From: Lophium mytilinum
Taxonomy: Eukaryota
Assembly (NCBI GenBank): GCA_010093605.1
Contig: MU004191.1
Span: 1,038,816-1,102,815, forward strand
Direction: 5' to 3'
DNA length: 64,000 bases
Each line of letters begins with the position of its first letter. The stretch's first letter is position 1. Under the pieces are notes generated by a model. It was not told the DNA's origin. It saw nothing but the letters and a program-made list of their open reading frames with translations, and ran no database searches. The position numbers were made by a program, and so were the translations under genes. Positions 52,705 through 64,000 of this stretch are shown here, one piece after another.

Positions 52705-54097
52705 CCGAACACCAACACCAACGCCGCAAATAAAGCAATTAATACTTTATTATTTAGCCTATAGCCTTAAGAACAGCTTCTAGCCTATCTATATACTTCT
52801 TATACATGCCCTTAATTATCTTTTATTTAATTTCCCGGGTAAAAACCCGGATAAAGCGCCTTAGAGCGCCGGCCTTAGTACTTTCTCTCTTAGTATAGAA
52901 TCTTCTCTTAACTAGAGCAGCAAGAGATTCTATAATAGATATATCTAGTAAATAGCCTAGCATCTATATTAAGTTTAGACTATTCTTCTCTACCTACTTC
53001 TTTATAGCTATTACTTTATAACCTAAATCTCTATCTTAGTAAAGCTTAAGGCCTTATTTATACTATTCTAGATTACTTAAAAGAATAGGGAGAATCTACT
53101 TAGTATAGCACTTTAAGCTTATCTTTCTATTCTTATTTTCTATATTATAGAGAATATAACGCCGGTAGTTCTATCTAATAACTATAAAAATACTAAATAT
53201 TTTAAATAGTTCTTTATCTCTCTATACCCGGGTCTTTTAGTTCTTTATAATATGCTTCTTCCTATAAATATTTATAGAAAGATAGCAATACTTATTACTA
53301 ATTCTTCTTTTAATTCTTCTAGTATTTTAGGGCCCTAAGCTAAAGTAGAATTTATCTAAAAAGTAGATATTATACTAGTTAATTACTTTTAGCCGAATAA
53401 ATAGCTAATTCTATACCTAATTAACCCTTCTTTCTACTATCTATTAAGTAAGTAATTATTCTTCTTCTATTACTACTATTATAAGGTTTTTATCTCTTTT
53501 ATAAGTAATTTAAATGGCTAGATTATTTAAGGGATATATTTCTAGTAGTTTAAAATGCTTTATTAAAGGTAATTAAATAGCAACCTCTTTTACTATATTC
53601 TGCTAGAATTGCTGCTTATTCTCTTAATCTATTATTAGATTATTAATTAGATTACTAATAGCTCTAGTATTATCTTAAGTTAGGCTATAAGGACGTCCTC
53701 TTAGATTAGGTTCTTTCTATTTATTAATGGTAAGGTATTCTCCTAATTTAATAATAGAAGTTTATTATTTAAATAAATAGCTAGATATCTTTTAGACAAC
53801 CTCTTATAATATTTAGAAGCCTATCTTCTAGCTATATAATCTACTAGCCTATATAAGCGCTCGAGCGGCCGTTAAAGGGTAAGAATTAGGGGGGGAATAG
53901 CGCAGGCTAGAAGGTGTAGAAATAATCTTTCTACGCTATAGTTAGTCTCTATATACTTCTATAATCTTAGGTATAATAAAAAAGGGAATTAATAGCTTTA
54001 ATTTAATCCAGAAATAAGTTAAATTAGTTAAGAATTGGTGGTGCAAGAGCATGGGGGAATCTTGTTGTTTGTTGTGATCGCCCAAGTGCACGGGCTA

Positions 54098-54138
54098 GCC
54101 CATGCCACAAAAAGGCCACTTATTTCCATGCGCAACAG
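54098..54138 (-). repeat. Right terminal inverted repeat of the Tc1-like element
   Basis: GCCCATGCCACAAAAAGGCCACTTATTTCCATGCGCAACAG. Confidence 0.93.
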
Positions 54139-54587
54139 TCAGCGTTGTCAAAACTAGCAAACGGCGACTGCAACGACCTCGGGATTCTTTACTGCATTTG
54201 CCTCCGGCCTTTGCATAACGCGCTCTCTCACACTCTCGCTTCTCTAAAGGCAAGCCGCGTCCACCAGCACTTCCGCCGCCTGTTGAAGCTTGATTACCTC
54301 TTGACGGCTCTGCGGAGCAGCCTCGGGAGCAGCACCGGGAGCAGCATCGGGCCCCAAAACAATGCTGCATCGCTCACGTCACGGTCCGCCGGTTGATGCA
54401 GGGCCGTTTGCCTCGTGGGTGGCCCGTGGCGCTGCTTGATAGCCGAAATTCCGCTAACTGCGGGCAGCTCGGTGCCTCAACGTCGTCGACCACTATTTCG
54501 CATGGCTTCCACGTAGTTCCAACCACCACACCATCCGCCCCCTTTACTGCATGCAGCCCATGTCGTGTTCGCAGCCGCAGAACAGCA

Positions 54588-55576
54588 ATGCCTGCGCCTT
54601 TGCTCGGAGAGAGTGAGAGCTGCAATGCCGCCCCGCAGCCCGTCTCGCCCCTCGTAGCTGACACCCCTCCACCTCTGCCGGACGTCTGCGCCAAGATATA
54701 CAACCGCATCAATGCCTTCCTAGACGAAAAGACCGATTCCCAGCGCCTGAAGAACCTCCAGGAGCAGACGCGAATCTCCTTGGACGTCATTTCCCAAGCG
54801 CTGGATCGCTATAGGTATACCTCGGCCACGCCTCAACCCCAGGGGGGAGCTTGTTTGTTGACATAAAACCAGCCTCTCAGAGCTGTCGCTATCCTACAAT
54901 GGCGGCAAGGATTGCCTGGTACTCCTCATCCTGTACCTATACGGCCTGCACGCGAAAGGCCTGACGCGCCCGACGCCCAACAACGTCCACAGCTCCCACC
55001 ACGAGCCCATCCAATGCGTCTACATCCAATCGCAGCACCCGTTCCAAGAAGTCGAGGACTTCGTCGCCTCCAGCGCGTCCATCTACTCGCTGTCGCTGGA
55101 CCACTACGCCAAGCCTATGAAGGCGGCCTTTGCAGACTACCTGCACGACAAGCCGAGCGTGAAAGCCATCTTCGTCGGCACGCGTCGGACGGACCCCCAT
55201 GGCGCGGCGCTCACGCATTTCGACCCCACCGACCATGGATGGCCGAAGTTCATGCGCATACATCCCGTGATTGACTGGCACTATGTAGAGATATGGACGG
55301 TGAGTTCCAATTTTGGGGCGTTTTGTGCTCCCCGAACACAGGCTGACTGCTCTTGTCCCGTAGTTCATCCGGCACCTGCAAATACCGTACTGCGTGCTCT
55401 ACGACCACGGCTACACTTCTTTAGGTGGCACCACAGACACGTTGCCCAACCCCGCCCTACTGCGCGACCCGACACTGGCCCAGAACGGCGACCGGAACGG
55501 CGCCGGCACGCTGAAATACCGCCCAGCGTACGAGCTTGTTGAGGACGAGGAGGAGCGCCTCGGAAGGGATAGATAG
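54588..55576 (+). CDS. FAD1: FAD synthase (FMN adenylyltransferase, PAPS-reductase-like fold), 3 exons
   Basis: Exons 54588-54814, 54873-55299, 55364-55576. Motifs LSYNGGKDC, IFVGTRRTDPHG, GWPKFMRIHPVIDW, LYDHGYTSLGG and EEERLGR. An upstream in-frame ATG exists at 54396. Confidence 0.92.
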
Positions 55577-56405
55577 ATGATGTATGTACATCTCATGATC
55601 CGCGGTTAGAAGCGTGAAAATGATCGACGAGACCCTGCATCGGGTACTGAAGCTACCTACCCATAGCATCTGCGGCGTCTTTTCGGCGGCATTGAATCCC
55701 TTGAGGTCTCAGTCATGTACAGGATATTTTAACAATCAAGCCATTTCAACTCATGCTCTGTCACTGTCTCCATATGGATCACGCACAAGAGCCACACGCA
55801 CCACAAATACCCGATACTATTCCGCATTCCATTGCTATACCTAGTGTTATGGCACTCAGCCTCCCTGCATGATCACAACCATGCCCTCATCATTATGTGC
55901 CCATAATAAACGCCAGTCCCGTGCCGGACATCCCATAGTCATCCCCACTTATGTAAGTAACGGTCTTCCGGAAACCGCCCAGCCAGCCCAGGGTATCATA
56001 TTTCTCAGTCCATTCCCGTTATTACCATGATGCCTATGTTCCCTAATAAAGAAAGAAGTGCCGAAATTATGCACGCTGTCGATGATGACGGGTTCAAGTC
56101 TTGCAGTATGTTTGAAGAAAGAAAGAAAGAAAGAGAAGAAAGGAAATGTTTGTCGTTGGCTGGATACCCCATGCTTCCTGGTTCTTCGCAGCGGAAGAAG
56201 CTATGCGAAACTTAAGAGGGTTGGCTGGAAGGCAAGATGCTGCTCATGCTTATGTAGGGCAACTGCGGGCCAGTGAATAAGAAACCTGAAAATAGCAACA
56301 CATCTAAGAAAAGAAAGTTTGGGATCGTGACCACGACCGCAATGTTCGTAATCCGCGAAGAGACGAGATTTTAGCACAATCGTGAGAACATGCCGAAGAG
56401 ATGGT

Positions 56406-59400
56406 TTAGTCCAGAGCATTGACACCCTTTCCACAAAGTTAGCTAAAGTATGCTTTCAAAGTCACGATGATGACACTTACAAATAAGAATCCCAGCTCCC
56501 GACGACCCAACCGCGCAATGCCTTTGGCGGCAGTCTCGTCCAGCGCCATCGAGATCATCTCCCTCTTGCGCTCCTGCAGCTCAAGGATGCGGTCCTCGAC
56601 CGTGCCAGGCACCAGCAAGCGATGAACATGCACTTCGCGCTTCTGCATCATGCGATGCGCGCGGTCAACAGCCTGCTCTTCGATATAAGGGTTCCAGAAG
56701 GGATCGAGGATGATGACGTGAGAAGCTTTGTTCAAATTCAAGCCGGCGTTACCGGCCTTCAGCGAGATTAGCATCAGTTTGCACGTCGACGTCTCCATGA
56801 ATTTGTTGACGGCATCAACGCGATCACTGGCCTTCATGCTGCCGTCGTAGCGCTCATACCGGAGGCCTTTTTCGGAGAGGGGAACCTCCAAAAGATCCAG
56901 CAGCGAAGTGAACTGGCTAAAGACAATCGTCTTCTCGGATGGATCGTTATCCTCAATTCCTTGAAGGACCTCGACCGTCTTTTCGATCTTTGCGCTTGTT
57001 TCCCAGTCGGCCTTCAGGCGGCGGATGTACTTGGCTTTAGCGGCCTTGTTGCGCATAGATTCTTTCTTGAGCTGGGCGAGTGTTTTCTTGAACTTCATAG
57101 GCTTGTCTGGATTGGCTTTCTTGGCTTTTCCCTTTCCTTTAGACTTGGAACGCTTGCTTTTGGGCTTCTGCATCTTCGATTCGTCGGCGTCACCGTCGTC
57201 GTTATCGGTGACTCCCTCATCTTCATCATCAACAATGAAACCACCTAGCGTCTTATCTCCATCATCTTCACTCTCATCTGAATCAGAACTTGAGTCTCCA
57301 TCCTCGTCGTCATCCTCGTTCGCGTCGCCGCTTTCACGCAGCTTCTCTGGCATGTGAACTTTCACGAAGTGCTGGAAATCAGTTATCCTGTCATGCCGGA
57401 TGTCATTGCGACACTCGGGGCACCTGGGTTGCGCACGTTCGTCGCCAGCTTGGATCGCTCGTTGTGGATCGACAAGCTTGGTGAAGCAGTCCGAACAAGT
57501 GTTGTGACCGCAGGGAATGAAGATGGTCGGATTCGTGACACCGTCGTAGCAGACCGGGCATTCGAATCCTTCACCCTCGTGGCCCTTCAGTCGCGTAACG
57601 ACATCTTTGCCAAGCTGGGCTGCCATTGCTTTTAGGTCGTTCTCCGGGATGTCCTTGACCGAAGTGTTGATACTTAAGTCGTTAATGAGATGAGGATGGC
57701 AGCACATTTGCCTGAGACGAAGTAGAAGAACCAGGATGTTGGCGTAGTTATTCTGTACAGAGTTCTGCCTGAGATATTTGTTGAAGGTAAGCTGCGTTTT
57801 GCTTTCCAGCGCCTTGTAGAGCTCGAGCTCCTCCGGACTGAATGTGACTTGTACCTGGTGGACGTGTTTCGGTGGGATTGTAATGATGGGTTTGCCATCA
57901 ATGAGCGAGCTTTTGGTTCGACGAAGAAGAATGGCTTTCAGTAAAGCCTGAAGCTTTTTCATTGCGTTCTGTTTATTGCGCTCGCTATTGTTGGTGCTCT
58001 TTATAGGTCTAGCAAAGTGCTGGAAGGGAGTTAGCATTCTAAACAGCAAGGGTTTATGAAATAAAAGGAGGAAGGAGACATACAAGGTTGAACTCGGACC
58101 ATACGTCGTACGGTCTGATACGTAGGAATCTGATCAGCGAGTACAACTCGTCGACACTGTTCATCATTGGGGTACCCGTCATGCAAAGACGATGAATTGA
58201 CTGCAGTTCCATAGCAGCCTGAGCATTGAGAGTTGACTTGTTTTTGATACACTGGGCTTCGTCGATAATAACCCTAAAACGACGTTAGATCACGGTTCCT
58301 GAACTCATAAAGCGGTAGAATTAGTTGAGAAGCAGACTCACCGATACCACTTGCACTTCTCCCCAACGAGGGGCAACTCTTCCAAGGCAGCAAGGTTCTC
58401 GGCCTGTTGACCGGCCATTCTGTTCACCAATTCTTTCTTCTTCTTGAACTCGGCTCCTAGGGTACCGAAAGTAGTCAGCACCACATCGTTTTGCCTCAGT
58501 CTGTTGAAGTTGCATCTCTTGCCCGCGCCGTGGTAGACGTGGACTTTCAACTGATGCTGAACCTTGACCTTGGTCTTGATCTCTTTCTCCCATTGTCTCA
58601 TCAGTGCCACCGGTGCAATGATGAGAGTAGTTTTGCGAAGAGGATCATCAGATGGCCGCGCAAGAATCAAGGACAGGGCTTGTACTGTCTTTCCAAGCCC
58701 CATGTCGTCGGCTAGAATTCCCCCCTTGTTGGAGCCTTCCTCCATTTTTCTCAGCCAGGTCAATCCTAGCTTTTGATGCTCCATCAATGTCGCATCCATC
58801 TGTATTGGAGTTTGTTCACGTAGCTCCGGGGGAAGATCCTCATCCGGTCGAATGTTTTCGAGAAGCTTTTTCAGCTCCTCTGGCGACCTCACAGCGTACT
58901 CGTCCTCCAGATTTCCCAGTCCCATCCTCGTCAGAAGGCCATGGTGCGGAGGCTGCGGATGGTCATACTCAGGGCCAGAGGTGAGACCTGTCAGGGACGT
59001 AGACTCTGGAAGCGGCCCAACACCTAAAAGCCTCGCAAAATGGTCATTTGTCATCCAATCGGTCGTCTCAAAAGCACCAATTTGAAGATCCGAGTTCATC
59101 AATTGACTGCCTTGGTTGCTGTATGCAGGCGCTGGGGTGTATTGCCCCCGCAACGGGCCATTGTTAGTCTGCTGTCCTGTGTATGCTGAGTCGAGGTCGA
59201 TGAAAGGGTCATTGGGAAAAGCGCCAGGCATTGCACCATATGCCGAAAACCCGTTGGACGGGGCGAGACTGTTGAGGTGATTGACATCTCCCAGGTTGGC
59301 GTCGTTGCGGAGGTTGTTATCGTTACCCTCAACCCATGACATGAATGGATCATCCTGGGTAAGGTCGGTGGGAGAGTCACCCGTCAGGTCTACTATGTCG

Positions 59401-60434
59401 CCTTGTTGGTAAGAGCCTGAGGCGCCACTGTTATATCCATGAGAATTGACATTGCGGTTAGACGGACCGAGTGAGCTGCTATGGCCAAACCGAACGGAGT
59501 CGTTGTTCTGAGTACGGAACCCATTCGAAGCACTGCGGTGAGGTTGCACGGGTGGGGCAGGCGGAAAGCCATCCGGGTCGTCTAAGTCCCAAGGACTCTG
59601 TGAAGTCCCAGTGTCGTATTTGATAGCCGATAATCTGTTGACATTCGAAGAAGACGAAGGTGTAGCAATAGAGCCGAAGTTGGAAGGTTTGCGCTGCTGC
59701 AGGTGTGGTCGCGTAGGAAGTTGGGTAGGACGTCCTAGCGAGTGTCTATTCTCAGCTTTGATAGAGCTTGCAGACCAGGGAAGTTTGCGTGACCCCAAGC
59801 CGACACCAGCTTGTCGACCATTTGTATTATAAGAGCCCGCAAGGCTAGCCTCGCCCCTTGTTGGCCTCGAAGCGGCACCTCCAAATTCGAAATCGGTCTG
59901 GTCGTCGTCGTCGTCGATAGAGTAGGGGCTCTGAGAGCTAGTTGTAGAGGGGCTTGGGTTGGAGCTGTGGCGTTTACTGGTCAAATGACTCGGGCCGTAC
60001 GTCGAGTGTGTGCGGGACCGCTTCAGGGAGATTCCAGGCAATTCGAAGGGTGTCGAGATACTAGCTCCAGGTGTCTCAAAATGTGACGATGAGGCTGAGC
60101 CGGCGAAAGACTCGCCAGCAGGAGTCAGAGGGCTGACAAGGTCACCACCGAGATCTGCTTGAGGCATGAAACCGTTTTGATATCCATGTCCACCCCATTG
60201 CCCTTCCTGCCAGTTCGAAGGCACGGCAGGCTGCTGTGCGGTTTCGTTGGCTTCTTCGAAGCGTTGTTTGAGGTCTGCCTGGACTTCATCTAGGTGGGCA
60301 ACGTATGCTGCTGTGTCATCGTTGGGTTGCTCAAGGGCAGACGTCTTCAGGATGTCGACGAAGTTGATCTCGGCGACTATTTGGTCGGTAGTGGCGTTGT
60401 CGGGGAGGTCGGGCTCGTAGGTGGAGGTCGCCAT
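56406..60434 (-). CDS. SNF2-family ATPase with inserted RING finger (Uls1/Ris1-like, Rad5/16 group), ~1280 aa, 4 exons
   Basis: Exons 60434-58342, 58273-58084, 58019-56481, 56426-56406. Contains GGILADDMGLGKT, IIDEAQ, LTGTPMMN, RING CPVC..CGHNTCSDC..CPEC, SLKAGNAGLNL and EEQAVDRAHR. The long disordered N-terminus has SIM-like IVDLT and FIDLD. Confidence 0.92.
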
Positions 60435-62408
60435 CGCGGAAGATCTTGGCCTGTGTAGACCGGCGTCCACGACTTATAACATAGATCGAAGGGTTGAAGG
60501 AGGTGAAATGAAGGTTAGAAAGATGAGAGAGTGGACGAGGCTGAGGACGTGGCGTGGCAGCGTGTCCTGCGAACCTCCAGGGCTCCCGAGTTGTGGTTGT
60601 CTCCGGTGAAGTCGTCGAAAGCTCAGGCCGCAGGTCGCGTCGCGCCGCACTAGCAGCCCCACACTATCGGAGCTCGTTGCACGAAAAGTGGCAGTCTGTT
60701 CTGACGTTATCTGAGGTGGCCCAGCGAGCTGTCGGGTGTGTCAGAATCGTCGTTCTCAAGATTTCATTACCGCATCAACGGACCTCAAGCGGTGCTAAGC
60801 AAGTGTACACGAGCACAGAACTAGGGCGTACCTCAAGGAAAGAAAGTTTGAATTCAGAACCGCACAATCGTGGACTGCCACTTCTTGTTCTAGGAAGCCT
60901 GACTATCGATCAGTCGATCGACTTCACTGTCAACTAATCCTTGCACCGATCGCTAGGACAGCAAACACTCACCACTTGATAGTTACAGCCTTGGTCTTCC
61001 AGTATATTCGAACAGGCTACAGCGCCCCAAGTGAAGAAGGCAAGAGCAGCCGATAGTAACCTAGAACTGCGGCAAGGCTGCTTCGAAGCTTCTACCATCC
61101 GTGAGTGATGGTTATAACCAGGACAAGGTGGAAGGTGCAGGAGCCGCTAATGCAGACATGGAAGTAATCGCGTAGCCGAAGATCGATGCCTCGTCATGAA
61201 TGTTGGCCGACTCTAATTAATGATTCCTCATCAGTTTCGTTTAATTTAGTATTGCCATGAAGCCGGCCGAGCGGCGAGCATAATTTTGAGTGTGAAAATT
61301 TGAAGCCGAGGTGTGGTATTTGCAGGATGGAGTAGGATGTTCTTGAATAACAAAGACATTAAAACGCACGATTATTCTATTGGACGAAGAAGGATTTTAG
61401 GATGTAGCGTTGCATATGAAGGCTGGAGGTAGGATTCGAAATATAGATCGGGGATCGGGGAACAGCCTCTTATTATAGAACGATATTCCTGTGTACCATG
61501 GCCGACCGATAGCTAGGTCCCCAGTGACGAATGCTAGAAACCTGGTTCATGTGCGTATCATCCTCCCTACCATGGTCGGAGCAAACAGCCTCTTTCACGT
61601 CTTGAACTGGCCTGGTTCCGTCTGAGGCCTGAATAGAGCTCGGAAGGACGTAGCTCTGAGAACGGCAACCGCAAATATGAGCACATTCAGCCTTGGGGTC
61701 TGAGCAGGTGCCTATTTTGAAAGACCACATCGCGTAGAAGTTGAGACTTGCAAAATTCAATCTGGATATAATTTGTCTCTACTTCACCCAGTCCAGCCAC
61801 TAGCCACCGCCATGAATCACCATCAAGAGATCCCCCTCACACATCCCCTCAAAAATGCTGATTCCTTAACACAAGTCACGGGCCATGTAAGCCACAGGGG
61901 GCAAAAAGCAGGCAATGGAGTCGAATCGAATCGAATGGTAAGAAAACATACAATAGGAAAGGCCATCCTAGAAAATGCTGCACAAAAACAAACAATGATA
62001 CCCAATGCCCGCCCGCGTGTCTGCAATGAAAAACACACATCCTCCGCACGCCGCGCCGTCCCGTCGAGAGGGCCTTGAAACCCTCCACCAAAACACCAAA
62101 GCCCATCCTTCCCACTCCACTCCACAAAAACAAGCAAGGTAAGAAAATGTGACAATGTTTCTCTCGGGTTTCCGTCGCCAAAATCTCGGGATCCCGACAT
62201 GGCCCCCGAACGATGCCCCGGTTTGATGTCAGTATGCCAGGCATTGCAATTTCGGTCTGTGGGGTATCTGCGCGACTGAAAACAGTAACATCTTGCGAAC
62301 GTTTCTCTCGTGGGTTCTCGCTCTCTCTTCACCGCTTGCGGCCCCATTCGCTAGAAACTTTGACACGATTAGTATCGAGCTTCATCTACTGTCTTTTGCA
62401 AACCTGGA

Positions 62409-64000
62409 CTAACTGCTATGGGAGCGCAATAACAGCTAAATTATCTGTTAGCAGCCGTGTTGCAAAGAGCTACTCTGCTGTGTCACTCACTCTGTCAACA
62501 GGATCCTGCTGGTCCGCTGCCAGTAAAGACGGGCTCTCTGCCGGAGCACCTCGCTCCGTATATCCCCTCGGTTCGATCTGCGGCCGGCGCGGGGTGTTCC
62601 CGGTCGACGGCGTGCTTGGATTTATATTGACCTCTGGGCCCATGTGGTCAATCGCATTTCTATTCTGGATGGCGTTGTGTTGTTGCTCTAGGAGAGCACC
62701 GCCAAGGGTCGCACATCGAAGGATGGTCTGAATGAGTTGATTTTGTTTCAGTGGTTTGGAAAGATAGTCCTGAGCTTGATTAGTATCGATGTTGTCCCTT
62801 AACCAAGATGGGTATAACTTACATCCATCTGTGCCGCAAGACATTTCTCACGATCACCAACCATGGCGTGTGCAGTCAATGCTATGACTGGAGTTGGGGA
62901 TAGACCGCTCTCACGTTCCCATTCTCTGATCTTGGCTGTTGCTTCAAAGCCGCCCATGACAGGCATCTGCACGTCCATCAGAACGACGTCATATCGTTTC
63001 CTTTGAATATGCTGGAACGCTTCCAAGCCGTTGTTTGCCACAGTCACCGTGTGGTGGTACTTCTCTAAAATCTTCACAGCCAAGCGCTGATTGACCGCAT
63101 TGTCTTCCGCCAGCAGGATGTTGAATGACTTCGAGTGGTCGGATATAGATGGTGCAGCGCGGCCGTCAAGTGCTGGAATAAGCGCATTGCCTAGATCGAT
63201 TGGTAGACAAGGGGTAGTCATGTAGCTGGAAATGCCGTCCTCCAATGCAGATTTAAGACTGATCGATACGCGAGGCGTCACCATGACTAGAGGGATATAC
63301 TTAAATCTTTCAGCCGCACGTAGCTGTCTGGCAGTGATGTCGCAGTCAACAATAACGCAGTCATAAGCGACACCGGATGGCGTCTTCATGTCCATCATAG
63401 GAACATCTTCGGCCCTGTTGACGACATGCGGGATAAGATTCAAGGCTTTGAGGTGACTGACTACCTCGTCTCCACATCCAGTGTTGCCTTGGTCAACGAA
63501 AAGGACAGTGTGCTTGCTGTAGGGATTGAGCTGAGGTTGTATGGCAATCAGATCTGAGCTTCCAAGGCGGACCTTGCAGGTGAAATAGAACGTGCTGCCC
63601 CTGCCATAGTCGGAGGTAACCCACATATCACCACCCATGAGGGTCACCAGGCGTCTAGAAATGGATAGTCCAAGACCGGTTCCACCGAACTTTCGAGTGG
63701 TCGATCCATCGGCTTGCTGGAATGTGTCGAAGATAAGATTGAGCTTATCTCCTCGGATGCCAATACCTGTATCAGATACGGCAAACATGAACATATACTG
63801 ATCGGCGCCGCATGCAACCTGTGATGCCATAGAGATAGCAACCTTGACTTCGCCAGTCTCGGTGAATTTGATTGCGTTTCCAACGAGATTCAGAATAATC
63901 TGTCTCAACCTAAACGAGTCTCCCACGACGTAGTCAGGAACAGTGCTGTCAACTTCGTAGGCGAGGTTAAGTTTCCGCTCGTTCGCTCTTGAAGCCAAAG
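62409..64000 (-). CDS. NIK1: Group III hybrid histidine kinase (Nik1/Os-1/Drk1/NikA type), 3' part only; 5' end lies beyond the window
   Basis: [46 protein letters not shown], receiver LLAEDNAVNQ..MDVQMP, and the group III-typical tail YLSKPLKQNQLIQTILRCATLGG...LLLRSHSS. Introns at 62822-62770 and 62490-62436. The HAMP repeats are not in the window. Confidence 0.88.

Larger units (their letters stand above)
52664..54138 (-). mobile_element. Full-length, RIP-inactivated Tc1-like (IS630-Tc1-mariner, DD34E) DNA transposon, 1475 bp
   Basis: 41-bp TIRs at 52664-52704 and 54098-54138 (first 30 bp perfect). The interior is extremely AT/TpA-rich. The minus-strand relic reads FLDKFYFSLGP* (FSDEFHFGLGPQ-like), *DRDLGYK (QDGDSGH-like) and LLDISIIE (SPDMSIIE-like), with 34 residues between the second D (53033-53035) and E (52928-52930). 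Confidence 0.92.

Noticed and set aside
54588..55576. PAPS reductase (MET16/cysH) next to sulfite reductase, forming a sulfate-assimilation cluster
   Set aside because: The motifs are those of FAD synthase (SYNGGKDC, GTRRTDPHG, GWPKFMRIHP), and the C-terminal ECG(L/I)H catalytic motif of PAPS reductase is absent.
56080..56110. tRNA suggested by a B-box-like GGTTCAAGTC
   Set aside because: No cloverleaf, acceptor stem or A box in the surrounding sequence.
56406..60434. Functional link between the Uls1-like SUMO-targeted ligase and the double Ulp1-like gene
   Set aside because: They are about 45 kb apart with many unrelated housekeeping genes between. Nothing in the sequence supports a shared system.

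Overview
Gene-dense 64-kb window from a filamentous ascomycete (Pezizomycotina; short GT-AG introns with CTAAC/CTGAC-type branch sites). I rebuilt the spliced gene models by hand. Recognisable genes: xlnR, an Mtr-type amino-acid permease, a bZIP factor, a FAR-17a/AIG1-like membrane protein, ras1, a molybdopterin-binding-domain FAD pyrophosphatase (Fpy1-like), GMF/Aim7, a Zn2Cys6 factor, CGI121, COX4, PEX12, a Sln1/TcsB-type histidine kinase, a mitochondrial thioredoxin-like protein, sulfite reductase beta subunit (MET5), FAD synthase (FAD1), a Uls1/Ris1-like SNF2-RING protein, and the 3' part of a Nik1/Os-1-type histidine kinase. Four features stand out. (1) An unnamed ~1028-aa, probably nuclear protein with two tandem Ulp1/CE-clan-like protease domains, each keeping His-Asp-(Gln)-Cys (8466-11675). 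(2) A complete 1475-bp RIP-mutated DD34E Tc1-like transposon with 41-bp TIRs, flanked by a 5-bp TCAGC repeat instead of TA, inserted between the head-to-head MET5 and FAD1 genes. (3) A degenerate non-coding array of about 5.5 units of 136-167 bp (24240-25025). (4) A frameshifted APH/choline-kinase-like pseudogene. I found no rRNA, tRNA or CRISPR features. All family assignments come from motif recognition, not database searches.
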